A DNA stretch of 48,732 nucleotides from Candidatus Methanophagales archaeon (GCA_021159465.1 JAGGRR010000017.1:1-48732), one strand, 5' to 3'. Shown: positions 25,935-34,780, counted from the stretch's first letter. Program-made: numbers and translations. Notes: generated by a model not told the origin, from the letters alone.

Positions 25935-26810
25935 CTAAACCATTCCGATTTTAGCCTTTATTGCTTCTATCTCATGCTCTATCTTCGCAAACTTATCTTC
26001 CATATAGGACCTCAAGTCCTCTCGTAACGATCTTATCTCCGTAACAATTTCATTTTTGCTCTGCTCTATCGCCTCAATTGTAGCATCCTGTTTCTCCAGC
26101 ATCCTTTTCCCTATACTCACCGACTCTTCGCCAAGCGCCACTGACTTCTCGCCTAACTCCACTGACCTTTCACTTAGCGCTACCAATTTCTCGCCTAACG
26201 CTACTGACTTCTCACCCAACTCCACTGACCTTTCACCTAACGCTACCGATTTCTCACCTAACTCCACTGACCTCTCGCTTAATGCTACCGATCTCTCACC
26301 CAACTCTACAGACTTCTCGCCCAATGCTACCGACTTCTCACCCAACTCCACTGACCTTTCACCTAACGCTACCGATTTCTCGCCTAACTCCACTGACCTC
26401 TCGCTTAGCGCTACCGATCTCTCACCAAGCGCTACTGACTTCTCACCAAGTTCCACTGATTTCTCACCAAGTTCCACTGACTTATATAACAAAGCTCCAG
26501 CGGTATCCAGGCGTTCAAATAGTTCTTCACGCCAGTCGCCACGTTTTATCTCAAAATATTCAAATTCGTGCTTATACGGTTCAAAACTAACCTCAACGCT
26601 TTCTACATCTATCGGGAATCTCTTTATTTTTAGTTGCTCAATAAACTGAGTTATGTTCGCATCGCTACCTTCTGCAACGATTTTAACGTCATAGGGCTTT
26701 AAATTCTCAACAAAACCACTTATGCTCAACTTCCGTGCTATCTTCGCCACAACATCTCTATACCCTACACGCTGCACTTCGCCTTTTACAATCAATATTG
26801 CCCTTTTCAT
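25935..26810 (-). CDS. Acylphosphatase-like domain protein with an 18x heptad repeat array and a C-terminal coiled coil
   Basis: From Met 26810 (GAGGAG-type SD about 10 nt upstream) the N-terminus reads MKRAILIVKGEVQRVGYRDVVAKIARKLSISGFVENLKPYDVKIVAEGS, the acylphosphatase pattern V.G.VQ.VGYR / GFV.N. Then come 18 copies of xSVxLGE. A heptad-rich C-terminus ends ...KFAKIEHEIEAIKAKIGMV. The track ORF extends to 26912. Confidence 0.75.
   Translation of the reverse strand: MKRAILIVKGEVQRVGYRDVVAKIARKLSISGFVENLKPYDVKIVAEGSDANITQFIEQLKIKRFPIDVESVEVSFEPYKHEFEYFEIKRGDWREELFERLDTAGALLYKSVELGEKSVELGEKSVALGERSVALSERSVELGEKSVALGERSVELGEKSVALGEKSVELGERSVALSERSVELGEKSVALGERSVELGEKSVALGEKLVALSERSVELGEKSVALGEESVSIGKRMLEKQDATIEAIEQSKNEIVTEIRSLREDLRSYMEDKFAKIEHEIEAIKAKIGMV
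26110..26487 (-). repeat. In-frame 21-bp tandem repeat, 18 copies (378 bp), with a 126-bp (6-unit) higher-order period
   Basis: Plus-strand units look like ccaagcgccactgacttctcg / cctaactccactgacctttca. The encoded units are KSVELGE, KSVALGE, RSVALSE and RSVELGE. Units 4-9 and 10-15 repeat the same order (RSVALSE RSVELGE KSVALGE RSVELGE KSVALGE Kx). Confidence 0.95.
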
Positions 26811-26937
26811 TGCACTTCTCTCCTCACCCGTTGCCCGCTGCCTCGGCATTTTATTCTTTCGCTGGTATCTATAAGAGAAAGAGAAAGAATAGTATATAAA
26901 ATTACGGCTCATCTCATCTCATCTGAGTTTATTGTTT

Positions 26938-27252
26938 TCACGTCATCCCGATTTTCGCTTTTATCGCTTCTATCTTATTCTCATGCTCGATTTTACCAAA
27001 CTTAACTTCTTATCGAAGCTCCGCATCAAAGCAGCTATCTCACTCTCTTACCCTGGAGCATCCACCCCCCCCCGCCTCTCAAAACTATCACATCCTCTTC
27101 ACCTTCAATAAACCACCCTGACGCTTCCGTCTTCCCGATTCTCGGTAAATCCTTTCACGTTGAACGAATCGGCAGTATTCTTGATGAACGTCCGGAATTC
27201 CTGCCATCTGTACATTTCCCCTTATCCTTACGTCTGCCGCCCTTTTCATCAT
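26938..27252 (-). pseudogene. Decayed paralogue of the acylphosphatase-repeat gene (no repeat array, frameshifted)
   Basis: The minus strand from ATG 27252 reads MMKRAADVRIRGNVQMAG. After frame changes it reads FRTFIKNTADSFNVKGFTENREDGSVRVV, which is acylphosphatase-like. The 3' end, KFGKIEHENKIEAIKAKIGMT-stop (26938), parallels KFAKIEHEIEAIKAKIGMV of the intact neighbour. A homopolymer C-run lies at about 27065-27073. Confidence 0.55.
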
Positions 27253-27460
27253 GTTTTTGGTTTGGGTTTGTAGCAGTATCAGGGACAGGAGTGGATTCCA
27301 GCCTTTTTGCTTCTGGATAGGCAGGATGTTGCATGTCTGAGAAGGGCACCAAAACGTTGTTTTCCCGCGCGTTTAGGACTCAAGCTTGGTAGATTCAAAG
27401 TTCAAAATGATAACTGTCCCTTCTTTGATCTCAAATTCTTAATAGCACGTTTAATAAAAC

Positions 27461-27500
27461 ACTAAATAAAAATAAAAGGGGAAAAAAAAAGCAACCCCGC
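27461..27500 (-). terminator. Probable transcription terminator of the surface-protein gene (hairpin plus oligo-U tracts)
   Basis: The minus-strand RNA just after stop 27534 reads GCGGGGUUGCUUUUUUUUUCCCCUUUUAUUUUUAUUU. This is a GGGG/CCCC stem around a U9 run, followed by further U tracts. Archaeal termination uses oligo-T. Confidence 0.45.
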
Positions 27501-27533
27501 AAACTTTTATTTATTCTCCTCTCTGGTCTTATC

Positions 27534-29951
27534 TTATTTCCTTCTCCTCAGCACGAGGTATGCAATTGCGAGCAAGCCTGCAATGGTGAATACCGAAGCA
27601 CCGAAACCTGGTGTTGGCTTTGGTGTGGGCGTAGGTGTTTCTGGTGCTGGTGTTGCTGTAGCCGGTGCTGGTGTAGGCGTTTCTGGTGCTGCAGTTGGCG
27701 CTGGCGTAGGTGTTACTCCAGTTGGTAGCGGTGTGGGCGCAGGTGTTGCACCTGGTGCTAATATCTCCACTGTTACTGTATCTGTATTGCCATCACCATC
27801 ATCTGCTTCAAGCGTATATGTTCCAGGTTTCACACCCGTAGTGTCAATCGTAGCTTCGAACACTCCTTCTTCTGGAGTAGGCCATTCTACTTCCGCTATT
27901 CCTACAGGTAAGTCCATAGGTCCCGCGAAAGTGGAAATCGTTATTAGCGTATCAGATTCGCGGTTCGTTGTTCCACTTACGTACAATGGTTCACCAACTG
28001 TCACTGTCTCTACCTGATTAAACCGAACATATGCAGGCTCTAGTTCAAAGGTCAATAGTACGAGTAGATCGTCACTTCCTGCCCTGTCAATAGTACAGTC
28101 CTGGATTATTGATAATATCTGTGCTTGATCTTTACCCCTAATATCGCCAAACATTTCGGCTTCGATTTCCCCTGCTCCAACACTTTCCGTAAAACCGGCG
28201 TACTCACCATCACGCCCGGGCGAAAGAACCAGTGCTAACCACATACCGGTATCCAGACCTTCGGTCATTGTTATATCCTCGTCGAATTCATCGTTCTTGT
28301 CCACTGACGATGCTATTATCTTAAGCCCGTTTTCTATACTTGGTTTATCCGCACCCCTGGCATATCCTTTGGGTCCTATAAGGATTATATCCACATTGTC
28401 CACACCGGTCGCTGTACCCTCTATCGTATAGTCGTCACCTTCAGCAATTACTTTCCTCGGCTGTGTCGCATTGAGTGCACCACTGACTAACCTTATACTC
28501 GTCTTACCGTCTTCATCTTCACTCTCGTAGGTCTTTACTTTATCCCAGTTATCCTTCGTCACAAATTTTGGATCAATGAAAACATCAATTGTGTATGAGC
28601 CTGTGGTCAACCCTTCTGTCTTCCATTTCACCTCGAATTCGTTGTTCTCGTCTACTGCCTCCTTAAATACTTTATCCGCATCTTCTATAACTATGTAAAC
28701 TTTATCACCCGCGCTTATAGCTCCTTTTATTTTTACTTCTTCGCCAATCACCGCAGTTGATGGTATATCAAAAGTTACCTCTATCTCTGTTACCTCTACG
28801 TCCACGTCATCATCGTCCTTACTATCCACTATCTCACTGTCTTTTACAAATTCTATTTCTTCGGTAAGTTCCTTGTCTTCCGTCATAGGCGTATCATACA
28901 CGTGTATTGTATATGTCCTCTCATCTGCATTTGTTGTACTGATCTTGACATCTGCGATACCATCACTACCTGTCTTTATCCATGCTGCCAGATTCGGCGC
29001 GTCTTTTGAAATCACTTCCTCTCCTGACAGTTTCTTAACATCGCCCGCCATTTTTATCTCCGGCGGTTCGTCTGTATCCACGCCCGTAACTGTAAGATAA
29101 TAGTAAGCCCTTGGGTTGCCTCTAATCTTTAGAACGATGTCCTCACCTTTAACTACTTCTTCTTCCACTGCCTCTATCGAAAGTTCCTCACTGCATAGCC
29201 TGAATTCATACTCCGGTGATGAGACATCCAGTAGATTACAACTTTCTTTATCTGTCTCTATTACAACCCTGTACTCGCCGGTGTCCATATCCTCTAAGTC
29301 TATTGCATCAGAATATGGTGGAGCTTTGGTAGTCCAGATAGGAGTTAAGTCAGTAACAAAGAATGTTGTGGAAATTGCAGGAATATCACTGAGACTTACA
29401 CCATCTATGGATTGAACTTCTGTATCGTCCGGGTCATAAAGTTTGATATCAACTTTCGCACTCGGAATCTTCCCGCCAAAGTTCGGCTCTATTTTGAATA
29501 CTATCTCAGAACTGACTGGAACACTTTTTCCCACCACTGAATCCTGCTTTATATTATTTAATATTACATCACCCGTTATCTCTGGTTCGGCAATGTATAT
29601 GAGTTTACCATCATATTTGGCACCGCCACCAACGCACTTATATTTACCTTCTGTAACTGACGGAACAGTCCATCCTTTAGCATTTACTGTTATTGGAGAC
29701 ACACCTTCGGTAGCTGTATCTTTGACACCTTCAAGCTTGAAATCAGGGTCTCCGGCATCACCATATCTACTATTACCATTTGTATCGAACTTCAGACCCT
29801 GTTCACCAATGTATACAGTATCATTGGCGTCTATCTCGTTAGCTGCTTGTCTTCCCACCGCCACAGGGATTATTGCTGCAAATACTAACGTCAGTGTAAT
29901 CGCCACTATTGCAAGCCCTGTTATCGCTTTTACTCTATTCTTAGTATCCAT
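27534..29951 (-). CDS. Large cell-surface (S-layer-like) glycoprotein candidate with signal peptide and PGF-CTERM anchor signal
   Basis: 805 aa. N-terminal signal/TM is AITGLAIVAITLTLVFAAIIPVAVG. The body is acidic and rich in beta-strand-type sequence. The C-terminal Pro/Thr/Ala linker is APGATPAPTPLPTGVTPTPAPTAAPETPTPAPATATPAPETPTPTPKPT. The end is PGFGASVFTIAGLLAIAYLVLRRRK. Confidence 0.8.
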   Translation of the reverse strand: MDTKNRVKAITGLAIVAITLTLVFAAIIPVAVGRQAANEIDANDTVYIGEQGLKFDTNGNSRYGDAGDPDFKLEGVKDTATEGVSPITVNAKGWTVPSVTEGKYKCVGGGAKYDGKLIYIAEPEITGDVILNNIKQDSVVGKSVPVSSEIVFKIEPNFGGKIPSAKVDIKLYDPDDTEVQSIDGVSLSDIPAISTTFFVTDLTPIWTTKAPPYSDAIDLEDMDTGEYRVVIETDKESCNLLDVSSPEYEFRLCSEELSIEAVEEEVVKGEDIVLKIRGNPRAYYYLTVTGVDTDEPPEIKMAGDVKKLSGEEVISKDAPNLAAWIKTGSDGIADVKISTTNADERTYTIHVYDTPMTEDKELTEEIEFVKDSEIVDSKDDDDVDVEVTEIEVTFDIPSTAVIGEEVKIKGAISAGDKVYIVIEDADKVFKEAVDENNEFEVKWKTEGLTTGSYTIDVFIDPKFVTKDNWDKVKTYESEDEDGKTSIRLVSGALNATQPRKVIAEGDDYTIEGTATGVDNVDIILIGPKGYARGADKPSIENGLKIIASSVDKNDEFDEDITMTEGLDTGMWLALVLSPGRDGEYAGFTESVGAGEIEAEMFGDIRGKDQAQILSIIQDCTIDRAGSDDLLVLLTFELEPAYVRFNQVETVTVGEPLYVSGTTNRESDTLITISTFAGPMDLPVGIAEVEWPTPEEGVFEATIDTTGVKPGTYTLEADDGDGNTDTVTVEILAPGATPAPTPLPTGVTPTPAPTAAPETPTPAPATATPAPETPTPTPKPTPGFGASVFTIAGLLAIAYLVLRRRK

Positions 29952-29961
29952 TTTTGCGTCT

Positions 29962-30003
29962 TCACCTCCTAAGTTTTTTTATCGAAAAGGGGATATATAA
30001 AAC
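29962..30003 (-). promoter_or_regulatory. Putative promoter/RBS of the surface-protein gene: TATA box TTTATATA plus strong Shine-Dalgarno AGGAGGTGA
   Basis: The minus strand reads GTTTTATATATCCCC (29993-30003 region), a close match to the archaeal TATA consensus TTTAWATA, about 45 nt upstream of the ATG at 29951. AGGAGGTGA lies at 29962-29970, 10 nt before the ATG. Confidence 0.4.
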
Positions 30004-30377
30004 TTTGGGTAAACACTCTGCACTCTGCTCCGCTGCTCTGACCTTCTCTTCGCTTTACTTTGCTGTACTCTTATCGCTTCTCGCTGCATTTCTCTTTTCC
30101 CCTTCTTCTTTTATTCTTCTCCCCTCTTCTATCCTATTCTTCACTTGGTATATATAACTTTATGTTTTTCGGTTTTTTTCTTTCTCTTCTGGTACGCATT
30201 TCTTTTAGCGCCCGCACCATAGCGCTCCCATCTTCTGATATAGATGAGCGTTCGTTATTAGTATGACATGCTACATGATATATGTTAGATATGGAATAGA
30301 ACAATAGGATATATAAAACTTTTGATAATACGCGGGGCTTCTAAAAACTACTATGGATAATTTTACTATATCCATAT

Positions 30378-30986
30378 ATGCCCGTAAGTCTCATCGCCAT
30401 CACCGGTACGCCGGGAACAGGCAAGACCTCGGTATGCCGCGCACTTGAGCCTATAAGCGAATATAACATCATCAATTTGAATGCGGTCATCAAGAGCAAA
30501 GGGTTCTACACCGGTATAGACGATGATAGGGGATGCCTTATAGCCGACCTCACCAGATTAGAGGATTACATAAAGAGTGAGGTAGAGAATAGCGAGAAGC
30601 AGGTGGTGATTGAGAGTCATCTTGCGCATCTACTTCAACCTGATGTAGCCATCGTGCTCCGTACCAATCCTGTGATACTCGCCTCGCGATTGATGCAAAA
30701 AGGCTTCACGATGCGGAAGATAGAGGAGAATGTGGAAGCGGAGATGCTGGATGTTATTCTTATAGAAGCAGTGGATTTATGCAAGGTTGTATACGAAGTG
30801 GACACTACTACCAGTGCTATATCGGAGACCGCATCCACAATACGCGAGATTATAGATACGGAGAGCGGCATAGACGCGAGTAGAAAGAAATCACTACGCC
30901 TCAAATTCCGCCCGGGCTCTATAAACAGGAACTGGCTAACATTAACGTACCCGGAGCCTGTCCGCAATCGCTCTTATATCATTTGA
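30378..30986 (+). CDS. Fap7/AK6-type putative adenylate kinase (ribosome-biogenesis NTPase)
   Basis: 202 aa. P-loop IAITGTPGTGKTSV, then ESHLAHLL, AEMLDVILIEA and C-terminal RPGSINRNW are typical of archaeal Fap7. The 3' end overlaps the convergent gene 30942..32036 by 45 nt. Confidence 0.75.
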   Translation: MPVSLIAITGTPGTGKTSVCRALEPISEYNIINLNAVIKSKGFYTGIDDDRGCLIADLTRLEDYIKSEVENSEKQVVIESHLAHLLQPDVAIVLRTNPVILASRLMQKGFTMRKIEENVEAEMLDVILIEAVDLCKVVYEVDTTTSAISETASTIREIIDTESGIDASRKKSLRLKFRPGSINRNWLTLTYPEPVRNRSYII

Positions 30987-32036
30987 TATCTCTGTCAGTG
31001 CTGCTCTTATCTTCAATAACTCACGCGCCGCTCCTCGCTTATCTTCATCTTCACTGCGCGCAAATCGCCCTGCAATTCTACTTATCGAACTCGATTTCGC
31101 ATCTATCTGTCCTGAAACATCTTCCAGAGCCGATGTCGCCGCTTCTATATCCACCCCCCTGCCGCCACCGCGCGTGGCATATACATACACAGATGCAGCA
31201 CCGAGTATCAATCCCAGTACCACTGCCAGAATGAGATAGAGAGCTAATGGCGGCGGCGCCATCTCGGCTGACAATTCCCTGTAATGCCGCGACAGTAGCA
31301 TTGCCCAGCCCGGGTGCCCCTCTTCGTATAACCGCCTAATATCCTCTTCCAGACCTGTTTTTCCTATATCAGACTCTGCAACTGTCAAATTAGCCTCTAT
31401 TGAGCGATTCGCAGCCAGTATCTTCTTATTCGTTGCATAGAACCGCATCACAGGCGACAATTTCTGGATATATGTTATGTTACCACCCTCCATCCTTCCT
31501 ACGCTTAATCTGACTTCTACCCCCTTCTTACTTAGTCCATCGAGGTCATAAGCTTCGAATCCCGGCTCTTTTACTTTCTTCAACGGCTTGGGAACTTCTG
31601 CTGAGAGGATAATCGGTGATGGAAATATCCCTTCATGCGCCTCCTTGCCTTCCCATACAATCCAGTTCCCGGAATGTGATATGTTATCACCGAACTTCCA
31701 TTCGGGGTCAGACATATCTGTGTAGAGTTCCAATACGTAATTCTCAAGAATCGGACTCCCGGTCTTACTCACATATATATGGAATTCAAGCCTCTCACCT
31801 TCCAGCTGGTTGCTACCTAAAACCTCTGTATAATTATGCTCTACGCCCGTGTCCAGATTGCGTACGTATGAACGGTCCACATTCAACTTCAGGACCTCCA
31901 GAGCCGCAGCACCCGGTACTAAATATAGAACTAAAAGTGTCAACAGTATCAGGAATGCACCGGCAGAGATACAGATACGGAGTTTGAGTTTATGTCTTCT
32001 CCCCATCTTCTGCTTCATCCTTATCTCCTTCATCAT
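30942..32036 (-). CDS. Cluster protein 5 (last gene of the minus-strand operon): bitopic membrane protein with an extracytoplasmic ~230-aa domain and a cytoplasmic helical tail
   Basis: 364 aa. TM1 is ICISAGAFLILLTLLVLYLV. TM2 is LALYLILAVVLGLILGAASVYVYA. The helical tail is DIEAATSALEDVSGQIDAKSSSISRIAG ... LLKIRAALTEISNDIRAIADRLRVR. Its ATG (32036) directly abuts the TAG (32037-32039) of the tubulin-like gene. Confidence 0.7.
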   Translation of the reverse strand: MMKEIRMKQKMGRRHKLKLRICISAGAFLILLTLLVLYLVPGAAALEVLKLNVDRSYVRNLDTGVEHNYTEVLGSNQLEGERLEFHIYVSKTGSPILENYVLELYTDMSDPEWKFGDNISHSGNWIVWEGKEAHEGIFPSPIILSAEVPKPLKKVKEPGFEAYDLDGLSKKGVEVRLSVGRMEGGNITYIQKLSPVMRFYATNKKILAANRSIEANLTVAESDIGKTGLEEDIRRLYEEGHPGWAMLLSRHYRELSAEMAPPPLALYLILAVVLGLILGAASVYVYATRGGGRGVDIEAATSALEDVSGQIDAKSSSISRIAGRFARSEDEDKRGAARELLKIRAALTEISNDIRAIADRLRVR

Positions 32037-34772
32037 CTATTTTATCCCCCCTCTCTTTCCTTCTTCCTTTATATCAAGCGACAATTCAGGCAGTTCCATC
32101 TGTTCCTGCTCTTGCTCCTGCCCCTTACCTTTGCCTTGACCTTGACCCTGACCCTGTTCTAATTCTAACTCAGATTCGCCAGCTTCTATCATGCCCTTCA
32201 ACTCACGCAATGAGGATGACATCTCCGCCAGCGGTTCCCCGATAGCTCTTATCCCTCTCGCTGCTTTCATACTATCTTCCCTTATTCTTGAGAGCTCACT
32301 TTCCGCTTTTGTTATATGCCTTATCACCGCGGAGGTAGTCTCTTTAGAGGGTATCGCGCCGAGGAATTCCGTCGCCTTCTCCACCACTACCTTTATATCG
32401 CTACTGAAACTGTTTGATATCTCCTCTATCCTGTCAAGCAATATCTCAATATCCCGTATCGCATCATCTACCATTCGCAGCATCTTCACTGCCTTGTCGC
32501 CTGCGGGCGGTTTGATACCTTTCAATCGCGCAGTAAGGTCATCAACCTGGGTTTTTAACTGCCCGAATCCCCTGCTCGCTTCTCTTGTCCACCGTTTCAG
32601 CTTCTCCATGCTCTTGCCCGCTTTCTCCAGTCCATGCACCAGCATCGTCAGGCTCGCTATTGAGTAGTTGTCCGGGATTCCCAGATTCTTTATCCCCTCT
32701 GCAACGTCCAGCCCGGTAAGTAAATCATCAAACATCTTCAAACACTGTGCAAGCACCACAGGCGTATTATTCCAGATCGCTTCCGGCTCGATTAACTCAT
32801 AATTCCTCCAGAAATTCGTCACTGCATCCCTGTTCTTCTCTTCCGCGCCCGGAGTATATCCTATATTGGTAATAATGGCGAACGGCTTGCTTGTGCCATA
32901 GAATAAAGAGTGATGCCTCTGTAATCTCGCGAAGTCACTCTCCTTATACGCCTGCTCCAGCCATTCCAGCTCTCGCATCCGCGGTGGCAAACCCGGTCCC
33001 GGCGCCCATGGCTGTAACCCAATCATCAGAGTGTATATAGCGAAACTATGTGCTCGCGCGGGCGTATCCAGCTTCAGTACATCTGCATCCTTCGCAAATC
33101 GCTCGGTCACCATACTCTTGAATGCACCGCCTCCCAGCCGCGCATCATCAAAATTGTCCGCACGCGTACTCAGTACCGCGATGAAATGCCCGAGCTTCTC
33201 CTCTTCTTTCATTATGTTCCCCCGTGCATCCACCTCCAGGAATCCATAATCATGCAGTAGCTCGATATACCGCGATGCCAGCGTGCTTTCAATCGAATGC
33301 CGGTAGTTCAACATCGGATTGAATATGATATCACCCTCGTTTATCGGCGCATGAGTCCAGCGGAAATACTCGTCCTCACGACCCAGGTGTTCCATAATCT
33401 CCTTGAATGACATCTTCTTCATGTCTTCTCTGCGCTTCTTCAGGCTCTTCACCTCTTCCTCCGAGAGCTCTATCTGATGATAACTCCTTGTATTCTGCGG
33501 CGTCGTTATCTCCCGCAATAGCCTGTTCTTCAATGCATCCAGCCGTTCTAATCTCCGTTCCATCTGCCTCTTCTCCTCCTCCGCATCGCTCACCCGGACC
33601 TCGAGGTCAAAGACCGCTTCCTTCAACTCACTCAATTTCTTACGTGCTCGCTCCAGTTTCGTCTTACCTTCCTCCACCGCCGCGAGATTCACATGCGTGA
33701 ACAGTCCTACCCCTTCTTTTGATTCGTAATCCTCAATTACACGCTGAGCTTCCCTTATACGTGCTTCGTATCGCTCCAGTTCACCCCGCTGCGATTCTAT
33801 CTTGCCCTGTATCTCCGAGATTCGCGCTTCTATCTCCACCAGCTTCTCTCTCACCACCGGTATCTCGTCCTCCACCTCATAATACAGGAACAGTTTCTCT
33901 GTTGGGAATACACACTCGTAATAGCCCATGGTATCAAATCGGTTCTCATACCCCCTCGCTCTGTTCTGCAGGTCGTTGAGGTCCAGCCACTTCCCCCGCA
34001 TCTCCACCTTACCCCCTGGTAAGAATCCGAGATCGAGCAGGAACCTGGGTATCGCCCTCTCCAGTTCCTCATCCCTGTTCTGACCCTGAAGGTCTCTACC
34101 CAGGAGGAAGAAGAGTTTAAATGGATTTGAGTAATTCTTATCCTCAATTATTATCTCCTCGCTGTGCGACATGAGGAAATGGAGCTCTTTCAGTGTTCCA
34201 AGCGCATTTGCAGTTGGTAACGCTGATTCCTTACTCGAGGGCAGTATCCCTATCCCGAAGATCACGGGCTCCGAACCGAACTGCTTCGATATCCAATCCC
34301 GTACATCTATTGCAACATCCAGGACCATGCTCGAGCCAGTGCCACCCCCAAAAGCACAGACCATAATGATGAAGAAGTCCTTACCACCCGTTCTGTTCCT
34401 TAGTTCCGATGCTGCCGCACCTATCGCACTGAATATCCTCTCACGGTGCACATTATACATCGCCCTGCCATATATACGATGTTGCCCGCAGCCCGCACCG
34501 GCTGCCGATAGATACGGGTCTGGTAACCACTGGTTTACATTCTTCATCAATATCGTGTCCGGTCTACTGAGAATTATCTTCCTCCGCTCCTCTATCTCAG
34601 TACATGCGTTCGCTGATGCCTGGTCGGTATCAATAATCAGAAACTCCTCGTTCTTCGGCACTTTACCCGTACTACGCTTCAGCATTCGCAATATGTTATT
34701 CACAATGAAACTCCCCTGCCCTCCTATCCCTATTACAATCCGATTTACTGTATCCTCACGCAACTCCACCAT
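32037..34772 (-). CDS. Large (911 aa) tubulin/FtsZ-superfamily GTPase-domain protein with long coiled-coil and helical C-terminal extension
   Basis: Motif order matches tubulin/FtsZ. G1-like IVIGIGGQGSFIVNNIL (nt 34710-34730). LIIDTD. T3-like AGAGCGQHRIYGRAMY. Signature loop FIIMVCAFGGGTGSSMVLDVA (GGGTGSS = nt 34329-34349, checked on the nucleotide sequence). IFGIGILPS. Charged heptad-rich sequence follows (aa ~300-450, e.g. REKLVEIEARISEIQGKIESQRGELERYEARIREAQRVIEDYE). The low-complexity tail is ELELEQGQGQGQGKGKGQEQEQEQ. Confidence 0.75.
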   Translation of the reverse strand: MVELREDTVNRIVIGIGGQGSFIVNNILRMLKRSTGKVPKNEEFLIIDTDQASANACTEIEERRKIILSRPDTILMKNVNQWLPDPYLSAAGAGCGQHRIYGRAMYNVHRERIFSAIGAAASELRNRTGGKDFFIIMVCAFGGGTGSSMVLDVAIDVRDWISKQFGSEPVIFGIGILPSSKESALPTANALGTLKELHFLMSHSEEIIIEDKNYSNPFKLFFLLGRDLQGQNRDEELERAIPRFLLDLGFLPGGKVEMRGKWLDLNDLQNRARGYENRFDTMGYYECVFPTEKLFLYYEVEDEIPVVREKLVEIEARISEIQGKIESQRGELERYEARIREAQRVIEDYESKEGVGLFTHVNLAAVEEGKTKLERARKKLSELKEAVFDLEVRVSDAEEEKRQMERRLERLDALKNRLLREITTPQNTRSYHQIELSEEEVKSLKKRREDMKKMSFKEIMEHLGREDEYFRWTHAPINEGDIIFNPMLNYRHSIESTLASRYIELLHDYGFLEVDARGNIMKEEEKLGHFIAVLSTRADNFDDARLGGGAFKSMVTERFAKDADVLKLDTPARAHSFAIYTLMIGLQPWAPGPGLPPRMRELEWLEQAYKESDFARLQRHHSLFYGTSKPFAIITNIGYTPGAEEKNRDAVTNFWRNYELIEPEAIWNNTPVVLAQCLKMFDDLLTGLDVAEGIKNLGIPDNYSIASLTMLVHGLEKAGKSMEKLKRWTREASRGFGQLKTQVDDLTARLKGIKPPAGDKAVKMLRMVDDAIRDIEILLDRIEEISNSFSSDIKVVVEKATEFLGAIPSKETTSAVIRHITKAESELSRIREDSMKAARGIRAIGEPLAEMSSSLRELKGMIEAGESELELEQGQGQGQGKGKGQEQEQEQMELPELSLDIKEEGKRGGIK

Positions 34773-34780
34773 CCTATCCT

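Noticed and set aside
26110-26487. Regular 21-bp repeat array considered as a CRISPR-like array.
   Set aside because: There are no unique spacers between the units. The period is far shorter than a CRISPR repeat plus spacer. The array is in frame within a CDS. No cas genes are present in the window.
26056-26649. Plus-strand 197-aa ORF with SPNSTDF/SPNATDF repeats, antisense to the heptad-repeat gene.
   Set aside because: It is the mirror image of the 21-bp repeat. Only the minus-strand frame joins a recognisable acylphosphatase-like N-terminus, an SD-preceded ATG and a coiled-coil C-terminus.
27353-27460. AAAATGATAACTG... and nearby CTGA-like elements considered as a C/D-box sRNA.
   Set aside because: The box C match (ATGATAA versus RUGAUGA) is imperfect. 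No convincing D/D' boxes or terminal stem were found. The region more likely belongs to the decayed paralogue and terminator zone.
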